Origin: the human T2T-CHM13v2.0 reference genome, Homo sapiens
Direction: 5' to 3' (one strand)
Length of the DNA stretch: 64,000 nt
Assembly: GCF_009914755.1 (NCBI RefSeq)
Contig: NC_060930.1
Shown here: positions 44,350 through 59,010 of the stretch, piece after piece
Layout: every line of letters starts with the position of its first letter
How positions within the stretch are numbered: position 1 is the first letter of the stretch
The notes under the pieces: generated by a model
The model's database searches: none
What the model was told of the DNA's origin: nothing
The model's input: only the letters and a program-made list of their open reading frames with translations
Program-made: the position numbers and the translations under genes

Positions 44350-45575
44350 TTCTCTCAGAATGTAAATGTGTTCAAGATCTTCCCTTCTTCATACACTCAC
44401 CCTCTTCAGACACTATTGACTAGACTCTGACACATTCTTCCTGGTGTTTCCTCGTATGAATCCCTGCCTCTCTGGCCAGGCTTTCTCAGCTGTTATTGTT
44501 TCTTCTTCTTCTCTTCCCATTCCCCTTCCCCTCCCTCCACTTCTCCTTTGTTTTCAGGATTCTATCCTCAATCTCTCCCTGTTGTTAATCTGGATCCTCT
44601 CATACAGGGGCGATAGACACAATATTTAACAAGGCAGAGTTGGGTACTGACAAATCAGAATAGATATGGTCAAAAGCAATTCATAGCCATGCCATGGTGT
44701 ACTGGCTGAGCATTAGCCCTGACTCCATGGAATCAACCTCCCCTGTGGTTTACATCTGTACTGCCATCTCAACTCTCTTTCCGTAAATCAAAGTGAACAC
44801 ACACACAGGAATGTATTATAAGCACCGCAAGTTTAACATTTCTAAAACAGAGCTCTTCTTTTCCTCTCTTCGCTTCTCCAAATGTTTCTTCTCCTGTACT
44901 CCCCCTACTGCTACTGATAGGGAACTGGCACCTTACTATATTCTGAGCATTACTGTATCACCACTATGACCTCAGGTCCATTTTCTACTTTTGCTGTGGG
45001 AAGACCACAAATCTTAAGCAGTAAATTCCCTGCTAAAAAATGCTATAATAGCTTCCTACTGCTTTTAGAATAAAATCCAAGCCTCTTAGGAAATATAAGG
45101 CTCTTCGGGATTTGGCCTGTGCCTCCCTCTTTAACCTGGCCTCTCAGCACTTTCCTTACCACCCTTAATCTTTTGTGCCCTCCACTTTATCCTGGATAGA
45201 TATCCGCCTCCAAAAGTCATGCTAATGACTTTTGCCATGTACTTTTTACAGCATCTCTCTACTACCTGGCCCACTGTTACCACCACCCACTCACCCTAAC
45301 TTCTTGGTTAGAATAGCTCCTGCTTTAAAAGCTTCATCAGATATGTCCTTTTAAAAGGAGGACTTATTGAGCTCCCCACTCTCCAGTATGAGTTAAGTAC
45401 ACCCCCCCCCGCCCCTGCTCCCATTGCCTCATGACTACCTCTTCCATTACACTTACCAGAAATTTTTGTATCTGACCATTACCTCTCTAGTTCTTCACTG
45501 CAATGTGATATCCTTGAAGGCAGAGACTATGAGTCTCAAGCTGAATTAGTGCTTAGCATACAGTAGGAGTCAATG
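44350..45575. mobile_element. Degenerate L2 fragments
   Basis: Pyrimidine-rich L2-like text; tagaataaaatccaagcctctt; tccttgaaggcagagactatg...cttagcatacagtaggagtcaat. Confidence 0.5.
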
Positions 45576-46799
45576 GGAGCTCGTGGATTGAAAGGCTGAC
45601 TGCACCAAGCAGGAAGATCATAGATGATGAACACAAGCACACTGGGTCTGTTCATTGTTGGTATGAGGGTTCTGTTTATCATTTGAAAAAACTCGAAATT
45701 AGTGATGCAGATGACACTGCCTGGTCTTTGATCAGTGTTTGGAGGAACTATCAAGATAGACAGAAACTGTCCCTCAGGAGTTTCTGAGCATCTACAACTG
45801 ATCAGAGGGCTCTGTGAGCACCTGCTGCCTTCCCCTGGGTACCCATGGCGGCTTAATGAATCTTGACTACTGACTGTACCTTTCTCTGTGCTTTACCAAA
45901 ACAAGTTAATATGCTTTAAGTAAGTTGCATTTGCCACTCTCCTCCTTTCTATATTTTTTCTTTCATAGAGTAAGAAAAGCAGCAAAATGGACATAGGCAA
46001 CATTCTTCAAATCACTTTGTTTTATATTTTGGAGGCTTTTTCAAATCCTGCCTATTTTTAATTGTTTCAGTAAAGCTAAATAATTTATTTTTTTTAATGT
46101 TTCTCTGTTGTCCTGTAATTTTATTATATCCAAAGTGTATTCCAGACACAAATTGTGATTTAGCTTGTGATTCTGGATCCTCAATTGCCTGCATCCACTT
46201 AATTTAAAATTCTATGGCAGGATGATACACTTTAATTAGAGGGTCAAACCACCATGTCTCTGGTGCCCTGGGGGCGGTGGTGAACATGTTGGGGGAAGCA
46301 CAAGTCTGAGTGGTAAAGGAAGAGGTTGTCTTCAGTCCCCAGATCAGGCTGAGTAATTTGGAGCTGATTAACATCACAGTAGTAAAAGACTCTTCCTTCA
46401 GAATCATCTTTTAAATTATTGCTCAAATGGTGGTTAAAACATCCCTTCATTTGCCCTTCCCACTCTCATCTTTTATTGCCCACTCAAGAAGATTAACAAA
46501 AAGCAGGAAAAATTAATTTCCTAAATTCTTGGAACAAAATAATTTCAAGCCTATTACATTAGATGATTTTATCCTTCTTGTGCAAATACTGTTGATGGTA
46601 ATCTGATTTTTGCTTATGATTGAAATACAAAGAAATTTTTCTTCTATCACATGATCCTTGCTGGGGTTTCCTGAACCTATCTGTCTCACATCATTATCAT
46701 TTTATTTTTTTCACAGCTTGGCCTAGTGTTATGTTAAAAATACCCAAATGGCAAGGCAGGTGTTTATTAATTTTGTATTATCATTAAGAAATGGAAGGG

Positions 46800-47040
46800 A
46801 AGTAGGATTTATTGATCACACATGATGTGCTAGACCCAGTGCTATATGCCTTACATAAGCTACTTAATTAAATTCTTATCACAATCTAGTGATGAAGAGA
46901 TTATTTTCGCTATTTTAGAAGAATATATGGGAGTTCAGAGAGCTTAAGTAATTTGGCCAGTGGAGTACAGAACATAGGAACACCAGGATTTAAATCTGAT
47001 TATGGTTAATTTCAGAAGTCCATTATTATTCTACTACACA
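46800..47040. mobile_element. MIR
   Basis: tttattgatcacacatgatgtgctaga...gttcagagagcttaagtaatttggcca. Confidence 0.6.
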
Positions 47041-47715
47041 AGGCTATACCCTAGTGTGATTGAAGAGTACCATAAAGTTTAGTATTTAATTTCCCTTTTG
47101 CTTCTTATTGATTTTTCTTTTAAAAAATTTTATTGTGTTCCTAATGGATTCTCTATGTTTCCTGCAAACTGCTGTGGATGGTACTGTTGTGTGTGCGTGT
47201 ACATACATGGATATCCATTAGAAGTCAGAGATAGTTTTGTTTATGTGTTAAGATATTTAGCCAATAGCATTTTCTAATGAGAATTTTTCCCTTTTCTACA
47301 CCCCCAATTTGGGAGTTTTATAAAATAGCCTATAATCTACAAAATCAAAATGTGCAACCAATGACTTATCTGTACAAATTTTGGAGCAGTTTGTGTGGTC
47401 AAAATTCTTTTGCTCTTCTTTATCTGCCTCCACCTCCTTCCAACTTACTTTCTTCCACTCCTGGTGTTCCCTTCCAATTTGCTCTCAGTTCATACTGATT
47501 CCTAACAGCTGACCCCACCCATTTTTCTCCTCCTCTTTTCCTGGGCCAGTTTATGTCCCTTCCAGGAAACCTTCCTCTATCTCCTTCCCTCTCTGATATC
47601 TTTTAGTCAGGACCACACAGCTGAAACAGTGAGTCAAAGGTTAAGTGATTGTTAGCGATCGTTGTACAACTAAATTAAAAGAACAAGGACACTGGTTTAT
47701 GGAGTTGTGTGGGTT

Positions 47716-48299
<584 letters not shown>

Positions 48300-49044
48300 A
48301 TGAAGTTATTTCTTTTTAAAACTCATCCACGGTGGTTGGACAATGCTGGCATATGGTGGCTCCTCAATGAATATTTCCAGGTCATTGGCCCAGGCTTCCT
48401 ATAAGGTTACACAAACATGGGGGCTATACAAAATGGTGTATTTTAACTGTTGTTGGTTTCTACGTCATATACTTTGAAAGTAACTGACCCAGGGTATAGG
48501 GTGAGGCCTACCATCTGCCAGGCACGTCTAGAGTAGGGGTCTTTGGTGAGGAAAGGATCCTTAGAAAAAGGGACAGTTTAGCATTATTTAGTGTCAAGTT
48601 AGCTAATGATGTGATAGAGATCACAGGCAGGGTCTCACTTTACTCCACAGTCTTTGCAACCTTATTGTCCTTCTGTCTTAACACTCCTGCCTTGACCTCC
48701 TTACATTTGCTTTGTGCCATCCACCCCAATCCCAATGTCTTTCTCCATTTTCTTGCTGAAACTCTTTAAGGCCTGTGCATACTTTCAGAACACCCCGTAT
48801 TTCTGCTAGCAAAGCACTTATAACCATTTAAATTATGTGTGTGGCTGGAGAGTATGTCAGAGCCTCCCTGGGAGACTATTATATGCTCACTGCTTCAGAG
48901 AAAAGCTATGGAGGGCAAAAAGCAAAGGTTTCTTGTCTTTTATCTTCCAAATTTTTAATCTATGGGGGCAGGAAAGAAAAGACTTACTGGTTTAACTAAC
49001 ATTTTTGGAGGGACAAGGCCTTGTCCCTTTTGGCAGAGTCTGCT

Positions 49045-49345
49045 ATTGTGCTCAGCAAAACCTGTTTCTTTTTTGTCTTGGACACAGAGCTAGATGACAC
49101 TTTCTGGACTCCCTTGTAGTCATATAAGGTCCTCATCAAGTCTGAACCATGGAATACTGACAGAGGTGATGTGTGCCTCCTCCATACCTGGACTATAAAA
49201 ACTCCCGAGCAGGCCTTCCCTCCTCATCTTTCCTCCTTTGCTGGCTGCATGGCATGAACTCTAAGGACTTAGAAGATAGTGGAATCACGAAGTGAAAAGA
49301 AAATGGGTCCCTGAATCACCACGAGGGAGGTTTCCTGCTGAATAC
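49045..49345 (+). mobile_element. Old MLT1 (H-J-like) LTR fragment
   Basis: cagaggtgatgtgtgcc...gaagatagtggaatcacgaagtgaaa...gggtccctgaatcacc. Confidence 0.5.
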
Positions 49346-50699
49346 TTCCAGTGAACTGTTTAATAAGGGCATGGGGGATGTAGCAGAGAGACCTGATAAA
49401 GATTTGTGGAATCTGAGAATAGATGTGGAACTCCAGTTTGGTAGCAGAATTTTACCAAAGGAAGAAGAGGTGTGTAGTGAATCTAGGGCCCACCACACAG
49501 CAGAATCATTTCTACCTCCATAAGCACAACACAGACACAGTATCCAGAAATGCTGGACCCACGTAGATGGGTCAGGGCCATTTCTCAGAGATGACCTCAG
49601 AAACTGATATCAAGCATTATATGTAATGCTGAATGTCTCAGAGTGGGTACATAGTCTCAATTGGCTTCAAGGGACAGGGCTGCCCTTCCTCATCTCTCCC
49701 CACCCACTCCTCAACGCTTTCTAAGACCTACCTCCAAAATTATATGGAACTCATGGAAAGAGAAGTCTCTAGTGATCTGAGATAGGGTTTCTGCTACTCT
49801 AGTAGAATGGGAGCTTAAAATAGAAAGTAGGATGAATTATAGAAAAATTCAGAAATGTATACATTTTTCACCACTGAGTATGAGGACTGAAATTTATCTT
49901 TTCTCTCCTCGTTTGCTTGTCTGTCTTTCCTGCTGTACTGTGAACTCCATGAGACAGCGTGTACCCAGTTCACCAGGATGTCCCCAGGTCCTAGCACATG
50001 GCAGGCACCTAATGACTATTTATAAATGTGTTAACAAATGAGCAGACTGTGGGTGAGAGAGTGGTTCCATTTCCATCTATCAGTAGTGGTTGTAGAAAAT
50101 AACTTCACATCAATAACAGCGGAGAACCAAGTTGGGAGAGCCTTCTGTTGGGGATTTTGTTCTTTTCTTCTAATGGCCAAAAAGCTAAATGTCACTGAAT
50201 CTATCTCCCGGAAGACAGCATCGGCTACTGGGTCTTAAAATAAAAATTACCAATGACAGAATACTGTCACCTTTGTGAAAGACTTCCTTTCATCCATGTT
50301 TAACTCTTTAGGGTACTAAGCTTGGAAGACAATAAGCAGATGTGTGGTGGCAGCCTTCCACTGCAGTATTTGTTTTCATGAAAAACAAGCTTATACATTT
50401 TACATGCTGTGTCTCCACACTTTGATTTCAACCATAATGAGCACGAGCAAGTATTAATAGCATTTTTATATAAGATGGAAATGCTACACTTGTTAATGAC
50501 TTGAGAGTGGTTATTCTGATGTACTATGAAAGATAATTTTATTCCTGGTTTTTCATTTTACATGATAATTATCATAATCACATATCAAAAATAATTATAT
50601 ATCATATAATTATTATCATATCAAAAATAATTATCAATATTTTTCTGGTGGGGACTGTTTATTGAGTGCTTACTTAGAGTATCTGTTGTTTTTAAATTA

Positions 50700-50864
50700 T
50701 TATTATTATTTTTGAAAGAGACAGACTTTCCCCCTCTCACCCTGGCTGGAGTGCAGTGGCCCCATCATAGCTCGCTGCAGCCTTGAACTCTTGGGCTCAA
50801 GTGATCTTCCCGCCTTTGCCTCTCAGAACACTGAGATTATAGGCATGAGCCACTGTGCCTGGTC
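50700..50864 (-). mobile_element. Alu monomer (FRAM/FAM-like), antisense
   Basis: ggctggagtgcagtggcccatcatagctcgctgcagcc...ggcatgagccactgtgcctgg. Confidence 0.8.
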
Positions 50865-51072
50865 TTAATTACTTTTGGTTTTGAACCTATCCTTAGAGAA
50901 GAAGGAGGTGTTATTTCCCTTATCCCTCTTGGGATCACATCTTGACAGGTGTATGGGGGCAGCAGAAACTCCTAAAGTGATCTAGAGAGATCAGAGTATC
51001 ACAGGCTAGTGCCTCTCCTGAGCAAAGGCTGGGGAGATGCCAAGACCAAGAGAAGCTCTGAATTCAGAATAA

Positions 51073-51531
51073 GAGTGGGTTGAATTGTTGTTCTTAAAGA
51101 ATATGTCCACCTGGAACCTCAGAATATGACCTTACTTGGAATAAGGGTCTTTACAGAAGTAATTAAGGTACGAATCTTGGGATGAGATCATGCTGGATTC
51201 GGTTGAACACCAAATCTAATGACAAGAGTCCTTATAAAAGATAGAAGGAGAGAGATACAGAGAGAAGGCCATGTGAAGATGGAAGCAGAAATTGGAGTTC
51301 TGCAGCCCTGAGCCAAAAAAAAAAAAAAAAGCCAAAGGTTGTTGGTAGCCACTCGAAGCTTGGAGAGAGGCATGGAACAGATTCTCCTTCAGAGCCTGCA
51401 GAAGGAACCAACTTTGCCAACACTTTGATTTAAGATTTCTGGCCTCCAGGACTGTAAGAGAAGAAATTGCTGCTGTTTTAAGTGATCTAGTTTGTGATGA
51501 TTTGTTATAGTAGCCCTAAGAAACTACTATA
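51073..51531 (+). mobile_element. MLT1B/C-like MaLR LTR
   Basis: ggaacctcagaatatgaccttacttggaataagggtcttt...tctggcctccaggactgtaagagaa. Confidence 0.8.
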
Positions 51532-52389
51532 AGAATGGAGCCAACAAGAGCTGCAGTGGCTAGGCAAGGGGACCTACGGGCAGCCTCACAGAGTCTCATC
51601 CTGCACACTGCACAGAAAGCAGCGAGGCTTCCCAGCCCAAGGGTTACAGAGAGCGAGAGTGGCCTGGAAGAGGCTTTAGGCCAGGACAAGAGAGGATCAG
51701 AGCATGAACACAATGGGCCTGGGACAATGGCTTGGTGTCAGTGTTCTCAGTGACAGATGCCAGCATGATGCAAGAGCAGTTCAGCCACTCCTCAGGGAAA
51801 CTGGGAAGGGCCCCAGTATAGCAGGCTGCCAGGAGGGATGAGGAACATCATGGAGGAAATCATGAGGCCCTTCGTGTATAGCATATAGCCCACGGACCTC
51901 TCTGCCCACTGACAAGTTATGGCATGAGCTGCCTCTAATGTTTTGTTACTCAGGAAGAAAAGAAAAGATTGGGAGAGGGAAGAAAGCCTGAAAATCAAAT
52001 ATTTACCAAAAGAGGCCAGGTACTTCCCTGAAACTATTTTACACTGGAAGGGAAAGTTACTTTTAACTGGCATGTTTAACTTAACTCCAGTATTAGCCAA
52101 ATAGGAGGCTCGAGGAAAAAGTGAAGTATAGAAAATATTCTATGTTTTTGTACATCGGAGTTGTTTGTGCAAATTCAAGAGTTCTATACTTCATCTCCAT
52201 CTTTTGTGATATGAGATGTTTCTCAGGCGACTCTTCTGCCTTTCATGACAAGATTCCCTGGTGGTTCCAACCACCTTCCCCCAAGTCTTCCAGATGGCTC
52301 AAATATAGTGAAAGCCTAGAGGGAACCCACTGTAAACTCCAGATGAGACTTTGTGTAATGCATAAGATTGCTCAAAAGGGATGAGTTTC

Positions 52390-53625
52390 TTTTTTTCTTT
52401 CCTCTTTCCAAATTTATTTTATCATGAAAACTTTAAAATATGCAAAATAGTTGAGAAAACAGTTAAATAAATATTCTTATACTCCTCACTTAGATCCAAC
52501 AATAAATTTTGGATTGCTAACATTTTGCTATTATCTCAGTCTCTCTCTGTATCCATCCATTGCTAGATATAACTATTTCTCTGTATAGATAGGTAGATGA
52601 CAGATAGACAGATACTCTTTAAATGACAGGCAATAAGGAACATATGTTTAAAGTGCAGAATTTTATGACATTTGCCATATGTATGCACCCAAGAAACCAT
52701 CACTAGAATCAAGTAATAAATATAACCATAAGCTTCACCCGAAAATTTCCTTCTGCCCCTTATACCTTCCTCCTCGGCTCCTCTCCCTTCTCACCATTCA
52801 TCCCAAGACAACCTCAGATCTGCTTCCTGTCACTATAGATTAATTTGCACTTTCTAGATTTTTATATGAATGGATTCATACAGTACATACTGTTTTTTTA
52901 GGGGTGGCTTCTTTCACTTAGCATAATTATTTTGAGATGCATCCAGGTTGTTGCATGTGTTAATAGTTTATTTCTTTTATTGCTGAATTGTTTACTATTG
53001 TGTGTAAACTGTAATTTATTTATCCATTCACCTGTTGATGGAAATTTTGGTTGTTTCCAACAAGCCAACCTACTGTGAACATTTCTATACATGTCTTTGC
53101 GTGGACATGTTTTCATCTCTTTTGGGTACATATCTGTGAGTGGAATGGCTGGGTCATCATACCATGTATGTAAGTGTAACATTTTAGGAAACTGCCAAAC
53201 TGTTTTCTAAAATGGTTATACCAAGTTATATTTACACCAGTAATGTATGAGAGTTCCAGCTGTTTCAAATTCTTGCTAACACTTGTATTCAACATTTATA
53301 ATTTTAACCATGCTTATAGGTGTGTAGGGAATTCTCCTTATGGTTTTAATCTGCATTTCCTTAATGCCTAATGACATTGAGCATTTTTGTGTGTGCTTAC
53401 TTACTTCCTCCATATGTCTTCTTTGGTGAAATATCTGTTCAAATCTTCTGCCCTCTTTTAAAATTATGTTTTTTTGTCTTATTAGTAAACTGTCAATGTT
53501 CTTTTTATATTCTAGAAAAACATTATCTACTGGATATATGCTTTGCAAATATTTTCTCCAAGTGTGTGGCCTGCCTTTTCATTTTTTATAACAGAGTCTT
53601 TTGAAGAACAAAAGGTATAATTTAA
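52390..53625 (-). mobile_element. Old L1 (L1MC-ME) 3' region, antisense
   Basis: ggcttctttcacttagcataattattttgagatgcatcc; minus-strand ORF YDDPAIPLTDMYPKEMKT. Confidence 0.75.
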
Positions 53626-53849
53626 TAATGGTGGGGTATCAAGTATTTGCTTTTCTTTATCTGTTTTGCACACATTGCGAGTAAAGAAAGCAAAGTGTAG
53701 TTAGATAGGCACATAAATTTTAGAGCCAGACAGGTCTGAGTGAATTTAACTTCTCCACTTACAGGTTAAACTCATATGAGCTCAGTTGTCTCATCAGAAT
53801 AAGGGTAAAATGTCAGTGACAGACTAGTAAGATTCTTGTACAGAATTAA

Positions 53850-53875
53850 GTGTGTGTGTGTGTGTGTGTGTGTGT
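53850..53875 (+). repeat. (GT)n microsatellite, ~13 units
   Basis: Direct reading. Confidence 0.9.
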
Positions 53876-54519
53876 CGTATAAAGCACTTAGTAACTGGCA
53901 TATGGTAAGTATTCAATCTTTAAAAAATAGCTATTATCTTCCTGAACTTGCATCATGGTTTTGCCTTTATATGTACTTTTTAGGAACATGGAGGTGCAAA
54001 TTGGAAATTTAACCAAGTCCATCAAACCTTGATGACACTGTCTGGGCCAGGGTAGGGGCCCATCTATGTCACTGGATCTACACCTTCTTCTCCTGGCACA
54101 CAAACCTAAAGGAATTCTTTCAGGACTAGATAAGAAAATGGATGCTTATTCCTAACAGTCACAGTGATGATGGTTGTTTACTCGGGAGAGAGCATGAGTG
54201 AAGCACATTAGAGTAACACAAGTGTACTCTGGTTTCATCCATAGGCCTCCCACAGTAGGTAAATGTGGTCGCCACCATTTTACAGAGGACTACAAAAGGC
54301 TGCTGATTCATGTGTTTCACATTCTCAGCTGAGAGCAAAGTTGAGATGGCAGCAATTTATCAGGAAAGTCTTCCTTAAACTGGGGCTGTTTCTGGGAATA
54401 CGCCTACAGACCCGGCAATGAATCTTAGGAAGGAACCTGTAGAACAAGGGTTAGAACACTGGGATGGTTAAAGGGCTGACTGGTCCATAAATATGGGAAT
54501 CTTATTTTCTATGTGTCAT

Positions 54520-54950
54520 TGCTCGTAGCCTGCTCAACAGTTCTTTCTTCCTCTTTTTTGCTAATAAAATCCAATTTTTATTTGAATTGCATCTTGCCCA
54601 GCCTCAAGGGATAAATCATGACTGAACTAAGTCAATTATAGTAATTCTGTTCCCCACTGCCAGTGATTGGCTTAGAGGTCTAGCCAATGAGACATAAGAA
54701 GTCAGCGATGGATTCTAGGAAAGATCTTTATTTATGCTGTGGGTGAGTTAGGCAGGGAGAATGCACTCTTTTGCTTCCAACCCATCCTTCCTGCTTTGAA
54801 CTTTTTCATGTGAAGTTGTGATGTTGGAGCTACTGCAGCCATCTTGTAACCATAAGAGAGAGTCACAGAGATGCACACGTAGAGTTCTTACTTCATTGAG
54901 CCATAGACCCCAGCCTGGAGGTGCCTACCTCCAGACTTCTTGTTAAGCAA
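54520..54950 (+). mobile_element. Old MLT1 (J/K-like) LTR
   Basis: gggataaatcatgactga...cttcctgctttgaac...ggagctactgcagccatcttgtaaccat...cctacctccagacttcttgtt. Confidence 0.5.
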
Positions 54951-56486
54951 ATTGAAATAAAGAGGTTATTCCGTTATTTCTGTTTTAACCCCAGTTCAGT
55001 TCAGGTGCAGTTGACTAAGATGTCTTAGTCAGAGTTTGAGAAGGTAATTTAGTACAAGGTCTAACTGACAATTTCTAGTTAAGTGTTGCTGTCAGATTCG
55101 TCTCATTGTAATCTCCACACTGGACTCTTCTTTAATATATCACAAAGGAGTCTGACTCTACCGATAGATGTCTCCTGTCTTGGAATCAACCTGGTACTGA
55201 GGAAGACTGTGCAGAACGTGGCTGCTTCTGATCCTGGCATGTCTTTGATAAACAAGCTTATTCACACAGTTGTGTTGAGGCAGCAGACCTTTCCTTATTG
55301 GAAGGGTCTCTAGTTATATTATTGCTATTGGTTGTAGACAGGGTCATGCTTGCTGTTATAGCCTGAATAATTGATTCTACAAACCAATCCGCAAACAAAA
55401 ACTCAATATTTTCCGGATGGCTGTTTCTTTAGTCTTTGTATTGGCTCTTTACAATGTTTCTTGGCAAGCCTGTTATTTTTCTTTTAAACTTGTTGAAATC
55501 TGCTGCATACTTAACATCAAAATATGTTTTGCTTGTCCTAATGGCTAATTACTTGAAGTGGGAAAAAATCTCTAATACAGACTGATTAACAACATAGGCT
55601 TGGAAGTTACCGCCCACACGTGGAGCCACTCATCTTCAATGCAAATATTTCATATAATTACATGAAACCAAAGAAGCTTAAACCATATCTTTTGAGAGAA
55701 GAGGAAGCAGGCTTCCTGTAGGAATACTTTAGTGACCTCTATTTAACAACCACGAATATCTTTTTATATATTTGTAGCTCTGGCATACTTTAAAGTCAAA
55801 AATGGGGAGTGAAGCTTCTGGAATTTTTGCTCAAATAACTTGACTGGATGTACACATTTATGAACTTAAAACAGTTATTACAAGCCAGCAATATTTCATA
55901 AAACATAATATTTGTACACAGTTCAGTTTCAGTAACAACCTGTAAACTTGTAAAGGGATACCGTCCCCACAACCCACCTTTTTAAACGAGATATCTCCGC
56001 TTTGTTTTGGCTATAAAAGCAACACACGCTTCATGACAAAAATTCAAACTACACATTCAAATGTTCATGTTTATAATGCAGAAGTCTTCTATAAGCTCAT
56101 CCTCCCAAAGGAAACCACTACTATTTAGTGCACAGACTTCCAGTTTCCTATGTATACATGGTATATTTATAGAAATGGCATCTTACTCAACATACTGTTT
56201 TATAAACTGCTTTTGTCGCTTACAATATGTATCTTGAACATCTTTGCAAGTCTAAGTTATATACTTCATCTTTTAAAAGAGATGAATAATAGTCTGTGCA
56301 TAACAAATTCAGAAAGCTTTTCATTTACCGTTTTAAGCAATTCCACAAGAAACATTTATGTACCTGCATCCTTGTGTACTTGTCTGATTATTTTTCTTTA
56401 TTCTAAGAAGTGGAATTACTTTATTAAAGGATGGTGCTTTAAAATTTTAATACATATTGGCAGATTTCTCTAGAGAGTTTATATCA

Positions 56487-56656
56487 GGGTTGGGCATGAT
56501 GGCTCATGCCTGGAATCCCAGCACTTTGGGAGGCTGAGGTGGGAGGAGCACTTGAGCCCCAGGAGGTTGAGGCTGCAGTGAACCATGATCCCACCACTGT
56601 TTTGGAGCCTGGGAAACAGAGTGAGACTCTGTCTCTAAAAAAAAAAAAATAGAAAA
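56487..56656 (+). mobile_element. Alu monomer (FRAM-like) within L1ME-like sequence
   Basis: TSD agagagtttatatca 56472-56486 / agaaagtttatatca 56657-56671. Confidence 0.85.
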
Positions 56657-57429
56657 AGAAAGTTTATATCAATTTGTATTCTTGTACACAATGAATGAGA
56701 GGACCCACTCTTTCCAATGTCCTTGCTGTTGCTGAGCAGTAACAATCTTTTGAATATTTGTCAATCTGAAAGATAAAAATAATACCATTGATGCTTGGTT
56801 CTATATTTAATTAATGATTAGTGAGATCAAACACCTTTTCCCTGGTTTTTGTCCACTTATTTATTAATTGCTTGAGCATATCCTTTGCCCATTTTCAATA
56901 GGAAAGTTAATCTTTTACACACTGATTTGTAAGAGCTTTTATATGTTAAAGGTGCCAATTGTTTATTTTTATATATTTGTAAATGTTACTTTCTTGTTGA
57001 TAACTTATCCAGTTTATTAAGGTTTAGTTATTCACAGAGTCCCAGTCTTCCTGGGAAAACAAGCTGAGTTGAGTTAGGTGGTAACTTCTCTTTGTTTCTC
57101 TACCATTTTGGATGCGCATCTACGAAAGTACTCATAACTCAGTACTTAGAGTGTTTTTCAGACTAAATCTTTGACCTGTAGCTGTTTGAAGGCAGGGACA
57201 ATACTTGTTCATCTGTGTACCCTAGTATCTAATATGACACTCCTAATATGCAGTCATTAAAAGTAATAACAAAAGCATGGCTATTTGGGTTTCTTTTTTC
57301 TCTCCCTTCCAAAGTGCAGCCCAGGCTGAATCTACTTAACGGTAGGATATGCAGTTTTGTCCTAACAGTAGGACATGCAGTCTAGCCCAGTTTTGAGCAC
57401 TTACAATGTGCCAATATTATGCCAGAGGC

Positions 57430-57760
57430 ATGTATTGGGCTATTACAACAAAATAACCTAAGCTATGTGTTGCAGTTCTAGAGGCTGGAAGTCGAAGATC
57501 AAGGTGCTGACAGATTTACTGCCTATTGAGGGCCCACTCTTGGTCTATAGAAGGCTGTCTTTTCACTGTGATCTCACATGGTGGAAGGGTGAAGGGACCT
57601 CTCTTGGGCCTATTTTATAAGGTCACGAATCCCATTTATGAGGACTCCACCCTTATGATCTAATCATGCCCTAAAGGCTCCCCTCTTAATACCATCACCT
57701 TCGGGATTAGAATTTCAGCATATGAATTTTGGGGGAGCACAAACATTTAGACATAGCAGC
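57430..57760 (-). mobile_element. MLT1A/MSTD-like MaLR LTR
   Basis: cagttctagaggctggaagtcgaagatcaaggtgc...cttaataccatcacctt...aaacatttagacatagca. Confidence 0.75.
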
Positions 57761-57967
57761 AGATCATGCCCAAGAGGGAAGGACTGGAGATCCTTGGTCA
57801 TTTATCTATTTTTCAATTCAGAGTAAAGTGACCTCTCCCTAAAATTTGGAATGTAAGGGCCAAAATGTTAAAGCCACTTTCTGCATATATGGTGCCATAT
57901 ATGAATAGTGAAAAATTTTTTAATATGACTAATGTGGGGCTTTAGCTTTACAATGTCTTAAAAATGA

Positions 57968-58376
<409 letters not shown>

Positions 58377-59010
58377 ATTCATATATTTCCAGATGCAAAT
58401 GTATTTAGCTTGTGTAGATTAGTTTTGCAGTTTATCCTCTTTTTTGTGATCATGCTGATAACTGAAAATTTTGAAAAGCTGTTGCTAAGCAATGTGACTT
58501 GAAGCATGTAAAGACAGTTTCCTGTAACAACTAAAATGTAAAAAAGAACTATCTTAATTTTACTATACTACTTCATTATCAACCAACCTACTTTTAATGT
58601 TTGGGTAATCACATCCTTAATTAAAATTTTTGTGCAGTCATTTAAAACAGATCTAACAATCTAACAGAAGACTAAAGGGAATTCTTGAGATAAAAGTGTT
58701 TGTATGTTTATATAGTGAGAAAGAGATAAGATTTTGATATTCAACATTGGGTTTTCTGTCATTATCTGGGTGACTTTGAGCATGTCTCTTCTGCTTTCTG
58801 AGTCCAAGACTTCACTGGGAGTCACAGCCAATATAAGACAAATAAATGAAATGAAGTACAAGAATGTGAAAAAGACAACATTTTCTACAAAGATTTTACT
58901 CTATTGTGTACACTGAAAATCCAAATGACCTTACAGACAAATGATTAGGTATAATAAAAGAGTTCAGCAAGCTTGCTGTATAAAGATCAACATTAAAAAG
59001 AGTTTGTATT

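Noticed and set aside
57337-57388. Two diverged 26 bp tandem units (taac.gtagga.atgcagt)
   Set aside because: Real but an ordinary small tandem duplication with no further structure
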